A stretch of DNA of 64,000 nt from Owenia fusiformis (taxonomy: Eukaryota), in assembly GCA_903813345.2 (NCBI GenBank), contig CAIIXF020000001.1, positions 19,654,001 through 19,718,000 of the forward strand. The letters run 5' to 3'. Each line of letters opens with the position of its first letter. The stretch's first letter is position 1. The translations under genes were made by a program, and so were the position numbers. The notes beneath the pieces were generated by a model. It saw only the letters and a list, made by a program, of their open reading frames with translations. It searched no databases and was not told the origin of the DNA. Positions 1 through 12,775 of the stretch are shown here, in pieces.

Positions 1-336
1 AGCAACATGTATAATTGACCTACCAATCTATTCCTTACAATATCAAATACAATATCTCCCAAAAGATTCACAATATGTTATAAATTGGTGAAGATATTAA
101 TGATTCAAAATGCAAAAATGAGTGAAAAATGTTTAAATTCTCCCTAATAATAAGAATGGTAACCATTCTTATAGAAAAATAATATATTATTGTAAAAATC
201 TTTAGTTTTCCTGGAAGAAGGTATGCACTTTTGTGATTTTTAGAAAATAGACATGACAAGGAATGACATGAGCCAAAAATATTCTAAAATTGAGACAATT
301 TTTTGTTTAGCCTGCTCGCTATATCTGATTCTCTCT
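1..336. mobile_element. End of a Kolobok-like (TTAA-flanked) non-autonomous element, truncated by the window start; second copy at 41690-42023
   Basis: Positions 1-340 align with 41690-42027. Both copies end GCTCGCTATATCTG(A/T)TTCTCTCT|TTAA and diverge shortly afterwards. Confidence 0.7.
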
Positions 337-1281
337 TTAATGTTGGTCAGTGCCTTTTAAGAAATTATTAAAAAAGGGCGGTTGTTTAATTATAAACAGT
401 GAACTATTAGTTAAAAATGTGAATTTACGACTTAAACTCTTTCTGGGTGTTAATTACATTCTCACTTGCTGGCATAGCAGGTTTCTAGCACCAAACTTGT
501 GAAATCACAGCATCCTCTAAATATAATATCTAATATATCTTCCTAATCTTTATATTGTTCAGAGTCTGGAACATTGATTTATTGGCCAGGCAATTGTCCA
601 TATAGCGAGAGAAGCAGGCGTATATCATATCATGTTCTGTATGATAATCAATGACCAAATTAGAAAATCAATGCTAATTGATCTCAAGCTGAATATTCTA
701 ATATTAGGAATATATACTGTTTGCAAGTATTTAATGATTAAAAACTGCAAATGAGATCATTAAGATTGAGTTGGCATCTTGGCAAATGTTTGGCTTAATC
801 AAGACAAAAAATACATTTGCGATTGTTCAAATCTTATAAGCATATTTTGCAAGCATTTGAGTTAATTAAGACAAAAGTTGCATTAGAGATCATTGAGATC
901 TGATTAGCCTCAAAACTCTATAGTCTTTTTTCATAATGAAAGGTTAGTATGACTAGCTGATGGTGACTCAGGCTGCTTCTAATGGCACACATGAAATGAC
1001 TCATTCACTTTCTACCTGACTTCTTTCAACCATACTGTTCTTGTCATTGACTCATACAGATATTTTATACATTATGAGTTACCTTGGTTGGTTAAGATCC
1101 ATGACATTCTGCAGCAGTGATTATTATTGGATTCAAGCAATATTTTTTATAATATTTTATCACGCATACAGGTTAGATATCCACTCTTCTCTTGAATTTC
1201 CCTTTTCTGTTTGTTTATTTTACCTATCTTCTGAAATTGTAGAAAATTCCTGTATTTTGACTTTGCGTCTTTGGGAGTTAA

Positions 1282-2430
1282 TATTATCACACTACCCTAC
1301 CACGTGACCACGTTTAAAATGGAAACAGGGTACAGCTAAGTTGCAAATGGAGGACGTGGGTTTAATTTCATATTTCTGAACGTACAATACATTTTACATT
1401 TATTTCTAGTGTTCTACCAGACATAGAATTGATTCATCAAGCAGTTTGTAGAATATTGTTGGCTAAAAACCACTATAGGCAAAGATATATAATAGTGGGC
1501 GCAGTGAAGCAAAACTTGAATGCAATACACGATACATTTCAGTAAATCTGTCAACGTACAGGGAGCATGTAAGTTTCCCTTCGAAAATGTTACATTGATA
1601 TGTAACAAAAAACAGTTAACTATTATTTAAACTTCGTGTCATCATGTTATATGTGGATATGTTTTCTAGTATGTTATTCAACTGTATTTTTGTGAATTTG
1701 AACAAAACATTTTAAATGATCGGTTTTTGAGGACGGTAGTGAATTATACCATTCAAGGGGTTATATAGAAAGATTCTTCACATGTAGTTCAGGCAATTTT
1801 AATTATTCTGAGTAGCGGATAGTCATTTATCATTAACGTCTTAATATTTAATTTCGTTATTTTATTTCAATTTGATATCCTAGTAACACGTATAATCTAG
1901 CGTTCTTGTTAATTTTATGACTAAAATGCATACGACCTGAAAGCCCGTGTCTAAATCTACAGAATAATGTTTACTTTATTTGGATTAAATAACAATTGAT
2001 GACACCCCAAAGCATCAACAGGCGGCCTTTTTAGCATTACTTTCACTGTTTGCAACGTAAATGTACATGAGGTCGGGACATAGTATGTCTGTATAATCAG
2101 CTTACTTTCTCGCTCCCTGTACTATTGAACAATTTACATTCCTTGTACCCTGTATTGATCAACTTTTGCAACTGTGTACCGTGTACTATGACATATCAAA
2201 TATTTTAAAATTTAAAACGATATTATTTTCATTCTTTCTATAACTATCATATAACTTGGAACATCGACTTCACTATTGCACCACTGAAGTGTAGCAAATA
2301 GCAATATTGACTCACTCCGAGCACCAAACCTATTAACATTTTGAGTAAGCAGTCGATATACTCAAAAGCGACCTGATTGAAAGCCAAAAAATTCACGCAT
2401 GCGTGATCGAGGTAGGGTAGTGTGATTATA
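1282..2430. mobile_element. ~1.15-kb non-autonomous element with terminal inverted repeats, copy 1
   Basis: Ends are TATTATCACACTACCCTACC ... GGTAGGGTAGTGTGATTATA. The whole element recurs inverted at 5600-8179 (ORF-track peptides 2247-2435- and 5594-5782+ are near-identical). Confidence 0.85.
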
Positions 2431-5400
2431 TGCACTTGGGATAATATGACTTTTATGGACTGTAAAATAATATAATTATGGCAAACATAATTATCTAACT
2501 TCTTTCACAGTTTGATCCAGTCATCATCACTTATACAGATGATAATTGAAATGTGTGAATGGTTGGAGGTGTTGATTGGATGGCTTGTCGAGGGATCATT
2601 CATGGGTACCATCATCTTCACTAATTTGATTTTCAACAACCTAATATGTCATGGTTTTCCCTTTTCAATAGGTTTATTTCATTTCTTTAAAATACAGCTT
2701 TTGTTTAAATACATTCTTTAAATGAGATAAAATTCTTTCATCAGATTAGGCAAATCAAAATCCTGCTTTTATGCACCTGTGATTTATTTCATTATTACAA
2801 CTCCCACGAAAGGCCGTGACATGACAGGATAACCATGGCAATCCCTTCCATTCTATGGAATCACATGTCAGTTATAAGAAAAAAGATGTGATGGTATCGA
2901 AATCCACGACAGGTACATATTGGGTCATTAAGATCAGTTTTTGAAGAATAATGAAGAGAGGGTAGGTCATATTCAGAGAGTAGCATTACTACTTTCATCT
3001 GGGCCACAGGGTAGTATTCTTTTCATTGTTTCTTTTTGAGTCATGAATATGGATCAAGGGATCTTGATCTCTCTTTGATCCCTTCACGGATCCTCACCTT
3101 CCCCGATCCATTCCTTCCCCCCCATTTTGCAATATCAATTGGAAGTTCACTCATTGTTTTGTGTGGTACTACCATAGCTTGACAAGTATGTAAGAGTTTT
3201 CGATCTTGTTTGGCGATGGTGCATATTTATTGTATTTGACGTCACTTGTAAGTAACTAATTGTCATGGTTAATGGCATTCTCTCTACAGAGTGGAAGCTG
3301 CTTATTTTATATTCTACCCAGACTCCCTAGATGCATTTAGAATCATCAAGTGATCATGCAAACACATCGGCAGTAAGTGGCTTTCTACAATACATAGCGA
3401 GCAATATTCTCCGCAAAAATTTCACTCATACTAGTATGTTCATTCAAAATATAACAATGTAAAAATCCATTAAACCCATTATCAAACATTATACAGGTTT
3501 ACATTCTTTGTTTGTTCTGAGAAAGCTTTCATCAGGGTTGTTTCTCAAAAGTGGTTTATCGCAAGTTGTATAATGTGTAAACTCAATCTTGTAATAAAGC
3601 ATTGTTGAATGACGTTATTGTTGATGTTCTGGAGCTGCCTAGACCAACCAGGAAGCATCGCCTTTTCTATGTTGCCTTTTAGTGTACTATACCATTTATC
3701 ATATTATTTGTACAAACGATTTGAATTATTAAGTCAGATACAAAAGTGTTTTTCTAACATGAAGATTATTATCAAAATATTATGAAGTGAACACCATTCA
3801 GTACTTAGCCCTGCAGTTTTATCATTCAAAGATAATTAAGAAGTGGATTAGAGAGATGTTCGGATACACAGGTTTCACTGTAGTATGCAAGTTTGACCTT
3901 TCTATGTGTCTTTTAAATGGAATTAACTGAATAAATAATGCTTGGCATAGGCCATTTCTTGTGCTTTTCCCCATTCCCAAATGAGTCTCTGAATGACATT
4001 TACTTGTTGAATTGGATTGTTTTCTTGCCACTCACTTCACCAATTCAACATTCAACTTTATTTTCTTTGTATTTTCCTTATTGTTTCATTAAAAACTCAA
4101 TCTAACATAACCTGGACACTCAGAGGGTTAAAAATAGTCATACAGTAAAGCACATGTCATATGCATATACATGTCATATTTTTAAAGAAAAATGAAAAAG
4201 TGCTTGTGTAATTCCTTCTGAGAATTACATGTAGGTGTTGAAAAATTGAAAATGTGAATCAATGCGTTTTGGTTCTGATATTTTACTTTAAATATAATCC
4301 TAATAAAGACAATTTAGTTTAGGTATCTTAAGTATATTAAGAGGCTCACATTAGTATAACAATTGAAATTCTAAATATTAGACCAACTTATTGGATTATG
4401 CAGTTATGAAAATCATGAAGAAAAAAGTGGAAATATTCAATTTGCATTAGGTTTCGTGTTTCAGTCCTTAAAAACCTTTTTTTTTCAATAGAATAATCTG
4501 ATTTCATAAATTTTCATTCAATCCCAGATGAGATTAACTGTAGAGGAATGATAATTTTTCCATCATTCAAAAATCGTGATGCTGATGGTCAGAGATCAGA
4601 TAGAGAAATCTAATAGAGTCTTGTTCTATTTTGTTCAATAGCTGATACACGAATAATAAAGTGCAATTGTCGTGAATGAAACCTCTTGGGTATAGTGATC
4701 AGAAAATCAATATCAGATCTGAGCCAAATATAGAATTGTAGAGAATCAAATGAAATTGAAATAATCAGGTGTCCATTTCTAAAATGACCCTACACATTAA
4801 CCCAACCTAAGGGTTGGCATGAAATTATGGTTGATCAGATATACAGGATCATGCACAGCCTCCATAAATGTGGCCAGTTCTCTAATATTGTTGCATTGAA
4901 ATTATGATACTTAATACTCTTTTAAGGTATAGGATGTGATATATTGAATGGGGGAGGGGGTGTCTTTAGTTGTTCTATGCATAATTGTGACAGGGATTTA
5001 ATTAAAGACGTTGTCAATAGAAATGATATTGTTCATTATAAGGCATAAGTTGGAAATTCTGTTCTCACCTGTATATTTCATTAGAAACAGCAGGTTACGC
5101 AGTGCCATGTGTCATACGGAGATTCATATTAAATCTTGTGATATTGTTGAAATATATTTCCCTTGGGAGACATGGAAACTGATTTTCCTCTAAATAGGAA
5201 TTATAAAAAAACACTAAAAATTATTGAAAATACTTAGTAAAATGTAAATATCAATTTGGCTTCAGAAACTCATCAAAATCCATCATTTGACCGTTTTAAT
5301 TTTTTGGGGGAAACATTTCCCCAGTTCCCACTAGTGTCCACCTCATGTTTACCAGTATGAAATAATTTAATAAAAGTTGCACCAATTTGCCAACCAATAT

Positions 5401-5599
5401 GTTCCTATTCATCCCAAATATCATAACATCTGTATAGAAATTTGTGATATCTTAATATTTGGATTGCTGTTGATTAAGACGTATAAAAATCAATAGATTT
5501 CTAAGATCCTCAGCCACTCCATTCTGATACTCATAGCATCTCTCGTTGTTACATCCAGGATAGAGAAGATGTGGCTTTACTCACTAATGCCATATGCGC

Positions 5600-8179
5600 A
5601 TAATCACACTACCCTACCGTGATCGCGCATGCGCGAATCTTTTGGCTTTCAAACATGTCGCTTTTGAGTATATCGACTGCTTAGTCAAAAGGTTAATACG
5701 TTTGGTGCTCGGAGTGAGTCAATATTGCTATTCGCTACACTTCAGTGGTGCAATAGTGAAGTCCATGTTCCAAGTTATATGATAGTTGAAGAAATAATGT
5801 AAATAATATCGTTTTAAATTTTAAAGATGTCATTTTAAAAGCAAAAAAGGCTCCAAAACGTAATAAAATATGTAGTTTGGATGTTCATTTATGTCTGTGG
5901 ATTATATTTTATACCACAAACACTTATAAATACCTGAAATTTGCAATAAAAGTGCCCAAAAATTGTTGTTTCGAAATTCCCCATTTTTCCTGTATCGCGC
6001 TAGTCACGTGACCCTTACGCGTAGCAGGCAATGCCTAGTATTACAGATATTACAGTACATATTTCAACATGTTCAATATGGCAAACATCAGCGATTCTGA
6101 CTCCCGGGTTCTGGGAAATGGCTATATATAAATCGGCGAGAGGGTGTTATTTAAGGAGGACAATTTAAGGAGGGGAAATATGTCCAAGTATGCCAGTAAA
6201 AGAGCAGATATGGACTTTAGACAAGTACTATGACGGAGAATCAACTAAAAAAATGTGCGTTCTGGAATGAAGACCCGTTGCCATTGACTGAGAATCCCAG
6301 CGATCCTATAATCCTACTCAGTTTGAATTTAGACGCGGAAAACAGGTTATGAAAACGGGCTCTCTGCAAAGTTATCAAATTTAGAAAATATGGATCTTGT
6401 TTTTGAGTGGCTTAACAAGCATTCGGATACAAGACTTGGCGCTATCTCTTGTCAAATACACGCAGACTTGCAGTAAATTGGCCATTGAAAATTGCAAAAT
6501 CAGATCGTCAAATTAATCGCTTCGTTTTTAAACGTATGCTTCATATCTTCATCCAAAACTTTAGGATTCGATAGAGATAAGTTAAAACTTGTACAGGAAG
6601 AAATGGGAGATCCTACCTTAATTTAGAATCGCTGATTTCTCTGGACAAATTCCGAGAAGAAATTGTTCAACATCGCGATCAGCTCAGACTAAACTTACAT
6701 GTCGTGCATGTCACTCTGAACTCATGTGATAAAATACGGCATTTTGATTGGTTACTACTCGTGTTGTCATGACGCGAAAAACAATAGTAAACACTGAATA
6801 TGTTAATGAACTGTCATATATGGAGCAATTGTCTTTCTGATTGGTTAACTTTACACGCCTCCTAAATGAATATAGTAGTCGTAGTAAATGATTCATTGAT
6901 AACTCTGAAAGTGGGCGTGACCAGCTTTATTTTGATACCAAATTCAAGATGTTTCAAATAAAAATGGCCTCGCAAGACGAGGTTGAAATATCGGCAATTT
7001 GATACTGATATGGTCTACGATAGATCAAAATTGACTGCCCCGCGTCATATGTCACGTGAGCCTATATTTGTTGAAAAATGAAAGAGATAGTGACACTTTT
7101 TAATCTTAAGTTAATACCAATATTACAAACACATATCTATTTTTTTCATTAAATATTTATTTCTTCATTATACATACATTTGTTTTACACTGCATTGATT
7201 TATTTTTGCAAAACCTTTGCTATTAGATCTTTAAAATATTTGATATGTCATAGTACACGGTACACAGCTGCAAAAGTTGATCAATACAGGGTACAAGGAA
7301 TGCAAATTGTTCAACAGTACAGGGAGCGAGAAAGTAAGCTGATTATACAGACATACTATGTCCCGACCTCATGTACATTTACGTTGCAAACAGTGAAAGT
7401 AATGCTAAAAAGGCTGCCTGTTGATGCTTTGAGGTGTCATCAATTGTTATTTAATCCAAATAAAGTAAACATTATTTTGTAGATTTAGACACGGGCTTTC
7501 AAGTCGTATGCATTTTAGTCATTAAATTAACAAGAACGCTAGATTATACGTGTTACTAGGGTATCAAATTGAAATAAAATAACGAAATTAAATTAAACAC
7601 GTTAATGATAAATGACTATCCGCTATCAGTATTAATGACTATTTGCTACTCAGAATAATTAAAATTGCCTGAACTACATATGAAGAATCTTTCTATAGAA
7701 CCCCTTGAATGGTCTAATTCACTACTGTCCTAAAAACCCGACCATTCAAAATGTTTTGTTCAAATTCACAAAAATACAGTTGACTAACATACTAGAAAAC
7801 GTATCCACCTATAACACGATGACACGCAGTTTAAACAACAGTTAACTGTTTTTTTGTTACATATCAATGTAACATTTTCGAAGGGACACTTACATGCTCC
7901 CTGTACGTTGATAGGTTTACTGAAATGTATCGTGTATTGCATTTGGTTTTGCTTCACTGCGCCCACTATTATCTATCTTTGCCTATAGTGTTTTTTTGCC
8001 AACAATATTCTACACACTCCTTGATGAATCAATTCTATGTCTGGTAGAACACTAGAAATATATGTAAAATGTATTTTACGTTCAAAAATATGGAATTAAA
8101 CCCACGTCCTCCATTTGCAACTAAGTTGTACCCTGTTTCCCTTTTAAACGTGGTCACGTGGTAGGGTAGTGTGATAATA
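5600..8179. mobile_element. Inverted copy 2 of the same element, interrupted by a 1.4-kb insertion
   Basis: Ends are ATAATCACACTACCCTACC ... GGTAGGGTAGTGTGATAATA. Segments 5600-5824 and 7235-8179 are the reverse complement of 1282-2430. Confidence 0.85.
5825..7230. mobile_element. Kolobok-like non-autonomous insertion with TTAA target duplication
   Basis: TTAA|AGATGTCAT ... ATTAGATCT|TTAA with TSDs at 5821-5824 and 7231-7234. The homologous site in copy 1 has a single TTAA (2205-2208). The insertion is CpG-richer than its host and has no intact ORF. Confidence 0.75.
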
Positions 8180-10326
8180 CCTCTACTCAAAAGGTAATTT
8201 ATACTTTAGACTTCCATCATATCATGGGTGTATATTTTGCCAAAAGGAGACACTATATAGCTACTCCCCTACTTCTTGATTATTTCTTTCATGTAATGTC
8301 CAAAATGACTAGGTATTTGATAAAATATGTTTTGCGCTGCGGGATTTGCTACATAGGGACTTTTTCTGGTTTGAACAGTTTGAATGATAATACTAACTAG
8401 GTGTTACCATTGCATATTCTTCATTTTACAATTAGGAAATTAAACGAGACTTTGATGATGTCGTTATTAAAACTGTTCCAATTCCAAATAACTCTCATCA
8501 GGGTAAAGGCAAAATAATTGTAGCATTTAGGAGTAAAACGCAACACATTCTACATAATATAGACACTTTGATCTGTAATGGTGAAATCAAGATTGCAGTT
8601 TTATATCCGCTTGATGGCTTAATAGTACCTTTGATACCATAAAGCAAACGAAAGTGATTGGAGGGATTTAAAGAGCTTTTGACGGATCTATTCATTTGTA
8701 GATAGATTTTGCTCAAAACGATATCATTACTCCAGTAATGATTTTATTGATGAGGGGCATTATGCATATATTTGTAAAAGGGAAAATGTTTTTATCCTTA
8801 ATATAATGTCAAAAATGGAAATAATTTTACTCTCTTTTTAAACTTCACATTTTACTCTTGAAAAAGTCGGATATTATTTTCAGCTTGGCTGGTGGCCTAG
8901 CTGACAATCTCACTTTTCTTGTCTCTGCATTTCCAGACAAATCACTTGACTAATTGGTTTAAAATTTTCAGGGGTGTTTCCTGGCATGAAAATCAAAGAA
9001 TACCCAGATTTAGACGGTCCTTAAATTTTCGGGTAAAATAGTATTTGCTATGTGCCTTATTAGAAATATTGTTGAAGGAGATAGGGGATGACCACATAGA
9101 TAAATACTTAATAAGTTTATCAGAATAAGAGGTTGAGCCCCTTTAAGAGACCACTCGAATTGATCAAGCTGATTCACTCTTGACGCCAATATCAAACCAA
9201 GCTCACAGTTTACATTGAGAGAATATAACACACATGTTTGGATTCAGTGTCGCTTGAAATCATTTTGATTTGTTTGTGTTGTCTTTTGATTGAATATTAC
9301 GAGGAAAGTTTCTTACTATCCCCGATTCTGTCATCAAGTTTATTGATTTTCTGATCTAATAAAAAATCTCAGAAGTAGAACGATCGTCACAGATATTCCT
9401 ATTCTGAGTATAGGGTTTAATTCTAAACTGACTTCTGAAAAGGTTAGACAATTTTACAGTTTAGCACCCAAGCCCCAACCATATTAGTGGTCATCACATT
9501 CCAGGATTCAAACCCATCAATTTTCTTAGCCAATCACCAAGTTTAAAGAAACATGTTTCAATTATGTTTGAATGTTCGTCAATTTTGGATCAATGATGAT
9601 ATCATAAGAAATGACAATGTATAGAAAAAGATGGCCACTGTATCATCAGGACTTGGCCACCCTTTTGTTGCATGGCGTGAGATTCACACTGCATACATGG
9701 GTTGAAAGTTGTCAAAGATTTTCAATAATTTTTTCTTAAAATAATTGATTAGTTCTGCCTTTATCTCAGGATGATCCTTTGATCTATCTGGCAAAAAATT
9801 GAATAAAGCAGATGTCTTCAGTTTTTCAACTCTGATGAATATGGATCTGCATCTAAAAATTTTGATTATTTCTGTTTTTGATCAAATACATGTATCTCTA
9901 TTCTTCTCTTTAGAGAATAAAGGGTCGCAAGGATATCATTTCCATGCTTTGTGAAAGCTCTATCTATTATATACTTTCTTCAACTGCACTGTTTGCACTC
10001 TCTGGATCTGGTTTCTTTGAAGCACTAAGTGATCCAAAATGTCATTAAGAATAAAGGATTTAAAGATTACTAATATGTTAACTAATTGGATAAAGCTCAA
10101 AATATGCAATTTTATCTCACTACTTTGTTGATAAAGAGAAAGTTATATTTAGGCGAACACAATCACATTCATTCATGTCTGTCAATATGAAGCATAGTTC
10201 ATCAGTTGAAACTTATCATTTGTAAGCCACACCAAAACACGATTAAACCATCTACTTATTTCTATGTGATTTCCAAGCGACTGAGACTTTATGAATAAAG
10301 ATGCTACAGTAAAACCTCTCTTGGTG

Positions 10327-10490
10327 AACACCTCTCTCTCGTGAACACCTGAAATGGACACCCTTCCATCACACATATCCGCTGACTTCTGTATTAATTA
10401 CCCTTTCTTTAATATATACTTACCAACACCTCTCTCTCGTGAACACCTGAAATGGACACCCTTCCATCACACATATCCACTGGCTTCTGT
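10327..10490. repeat. ~65-bp local duplication (period 98) inside a TA-CAGTAAAACC-type MITE remnant
   Basis: AACACCTCTCTCTCGTGAACACCTGAAATGGACACCCTTCCATCACACATATCC occurs at 10327 and 10425, preceded by TACAGTAAAACC at ~10305. Confidence 0.75.
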
Positions 10491-10843
10491 TTAAATTATA
10501 TACAAATGTAAATTACCCTCTCTGTATATATCTAAGATTGCTTTATTCTTCATCTGTAGTGAAACTTTAAAATAGTACTTTTTAGATCAAATTATTTATG
10601 TCTTAAAAAGTGGAACATGGATAAATCATGTTTAATCTAAATCAAGTTACTAACTTATAGGCCCATGGAACATCTCTCATGAGATGACCCCAATTCCATA
10701 TAAGGTGACCCCCATTCCTTATGAGAAAACCCCCATTCATTCACACGTGGTAATTTCCTATTCTTTGCACTTTTACTACAAGTGTAGTCTAGCAATAAGT
10801 CCATGTACCCTCTCCCTCCATGTACCCTCCCCCTCCTATCTTA

Positions 10844-11275
10844 GGAATGATATATAGGTTATTTACTGGGAGGGATTGAATATGGGTTTTATTCCGAGGG
10901 ACAATATGATATTGACTGAAGGGTAATATGATATTGACCAAGGGAGCGCAGCGACCGAGTGTCAATATCATATAGCTCAAGGTCCATATTCAATCCCGAC
11001 CAGAAATAACCTATTTATTCCATAATACACCCTTCTAAAATGCTACATTTGGATAATGCAATTAACCAGGAAAATATAACCGGGAAACCGAAAATAGGTT
11101 AATAAGCTCTAATACGATTTTTTCCCGGGGACAATATGATTTTTTTTTCATGTAATACGCTCCAATACAATTTTTTTCCTGGGGACATTACGATTTTTTC
11201 ATGTAATACGATTCAATACGATTTTTATTCCTTAGTTATATTTCCCTGGGAAAACAGTAGCATTATGGAATAAAT
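10844..11275. repeat. Hairpin-forming dispersed-repeat-like element with overlapping inverted repeats
   Basis: 10844-10885 is an imperfect inverted repeat of 10984-11021. ATTTATTCCATAAT (11013-11026) is the exact reverse complement of 11262-11275. Internal short direct repeats (aatacgattttt...). Confidence 0.5.
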
Positions 11276-11796
11276 CCAATTATCAACAATTGCTTCCCCC
11301 TCCGCTCATTTAATGAATTTTTGGGGGTTTTCTTTCACTTGAATCTTCCAAAATCAACATTTTCCCTTCCGAAATCATCATTTACCCCCCTCCCCTTTAA
11401 AAATTGACTTTGTTCATCTATTATGAATTAAAAGATGAGCATACAGTTTTGATTCAAGATTTTTTACTTTAAGCGGTAATACCATCATGATGCCAAAGTA
11501 ATTATTGTACGTAGTACTCTATATGATGGTTAATACTGACCATGAAATATCATTAACATGAAGTTCCCCAAAGTCTATTTAGAACTGATAATGGCAATAG
11601 TAAAGAAAAAACTTATCACATAATGTCATCGGTTAAAACTTGAATAATAGAACACCAGCCCTAAGGGTAAAATATTATGTGACAAGAATAATTTTGATCA
11701 TTATTTGCTGCTGAAACATTGGTCTTGAAGGAATTGTGGTATTTGGTGCAAATTAGACGTCAATTTCTCTGCTCTCAAAGCCCTATTGACAAAATA

Positions 11797-11885
11797 CAGT
11801 AAAACCTTCAAAAATGAACATACTTGGATGCTTCTGTGTTCATATTGAGAGGCGTTAGGATGTTCGCACATATAAAGGTTTACTG
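11797..11885. mobile_element. Short Tc1/mariner-superfamily (pogo-like) MITE
   Basis: TA|CAGTAAAACC ... GGTTTACTG|TA. Related ends occur near 3870, 10305, 18212, 27656-27825 and 55630. Confidence 0.6.
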
Positions 11886-12257
11886 TACTACTACATGTGT
11901 TTTATTTTTATAATAAGACGATTGATTGTATATCATGGTCAACTTTCATGGTAAAAAGAATATGATTGGGATCATAAGGCAGAAAAGTTGGTGTACTTGA
12001 ACATATGAGGATCATTAGATATGGCTCAATACATTTTTCCCTTTCTATCTATTAGAGACTATAAATTGTTCTAACCATTGAGGTTTGGGTTTTTGTCATT
12101 TATCACGTCAGTATTAATAGATAGAGAGTTACTCTATAAGTGGTTATTTCCGTTTAATGATCTCATGTGGAACATGGTGAATATCTTGTCTAGAATACTG
12201 TCTGCTTTGTTGTTACTCCTTATTTTTCATGATTATGGGATCAGGTCATGTTTTCTT

Positions 12258-12775
12258 TAAGCAAGCCTTATTTGTCCCAAGATGGTTTCAAGCAAGCCTT
12301 ACTTCTTCTTGGATGGTTCCAAGCAAGCCTTATTTGTCTTAGGATGGTTTCAAGCAAGCCTTACTTCTTCCTGGATGGTTCCAAGCAAGCCTTACTTGTT
12401 CCTGAAATGTTTCAAGCAATCCTCATTTGTCTCAGGATGGTTTCAAGCAAGCCTTACTTGTTCCTGGATGGTTTCAAGCAAGCCTTACTTGTTCCTGGAT
12501 TGTTTCAAGCAAGCCTCATTTGTCCTAGGATGGTTTCAAGCAAGCCTTACTTGTTCCTGGATGGTTTCAAGCAAGCCTTACTTGTTCCTGGATGGTTTCA
12601 AGCAAGCCTTATTTGTCCCAGGATAGTTTCAAGCATTTGTCCCAGGATAGTTTCAAGCAAGCCTCATCTGTCCCAGGATGGTTTCAAGCAAGCCTCATTT
12701 GTCCCAGTATGGTTTCAAGCTAGCCTCATTTGTCCAAGGATGGTTTGAAGCAAGCTCATTTGTCCAAGGATTGTT
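12258..12775. repeat. 31-bp minisatellite, ~16-17 copies
   Basis: Unit ~GGATGGTTTCAAGCAAGCCTTACTTGTTCCT; the period of 31 is seen at 12311/12342/12373. Confidence 0.92.

Noticed and set aside
1289-1301. CACTA pentamer suggesting an EnSpm/CACTA element
   Set aside because: The inverted repeat and inter-copy identity extend several bases outside CACTA, so it is not the terminus.
3290-3372. Segment bounded by good-looking acceptor (ctctctacag) and donor (gtaagt)
   Set aside because: Stops in all three frames; at most a non-coding exon, and unsupported.
7180-7482. 100-aa ORF as a transposase
   Set aside because: Spans the junction of two elements and has no DDE or tyrosine-recombinase motif that I can recognise.
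12248-12748. 166-aa and 114-aa ORFs as genes
   Set aside because: Artefacts of the 31-bp tandem repeat.
12258-12775. CRISPR-like regular ~31-bp repeats
   Set aside because: Units are directly adjacent with no unique spacers, there are no cas genes and the context is eukaryotic; it is a minisatellite.
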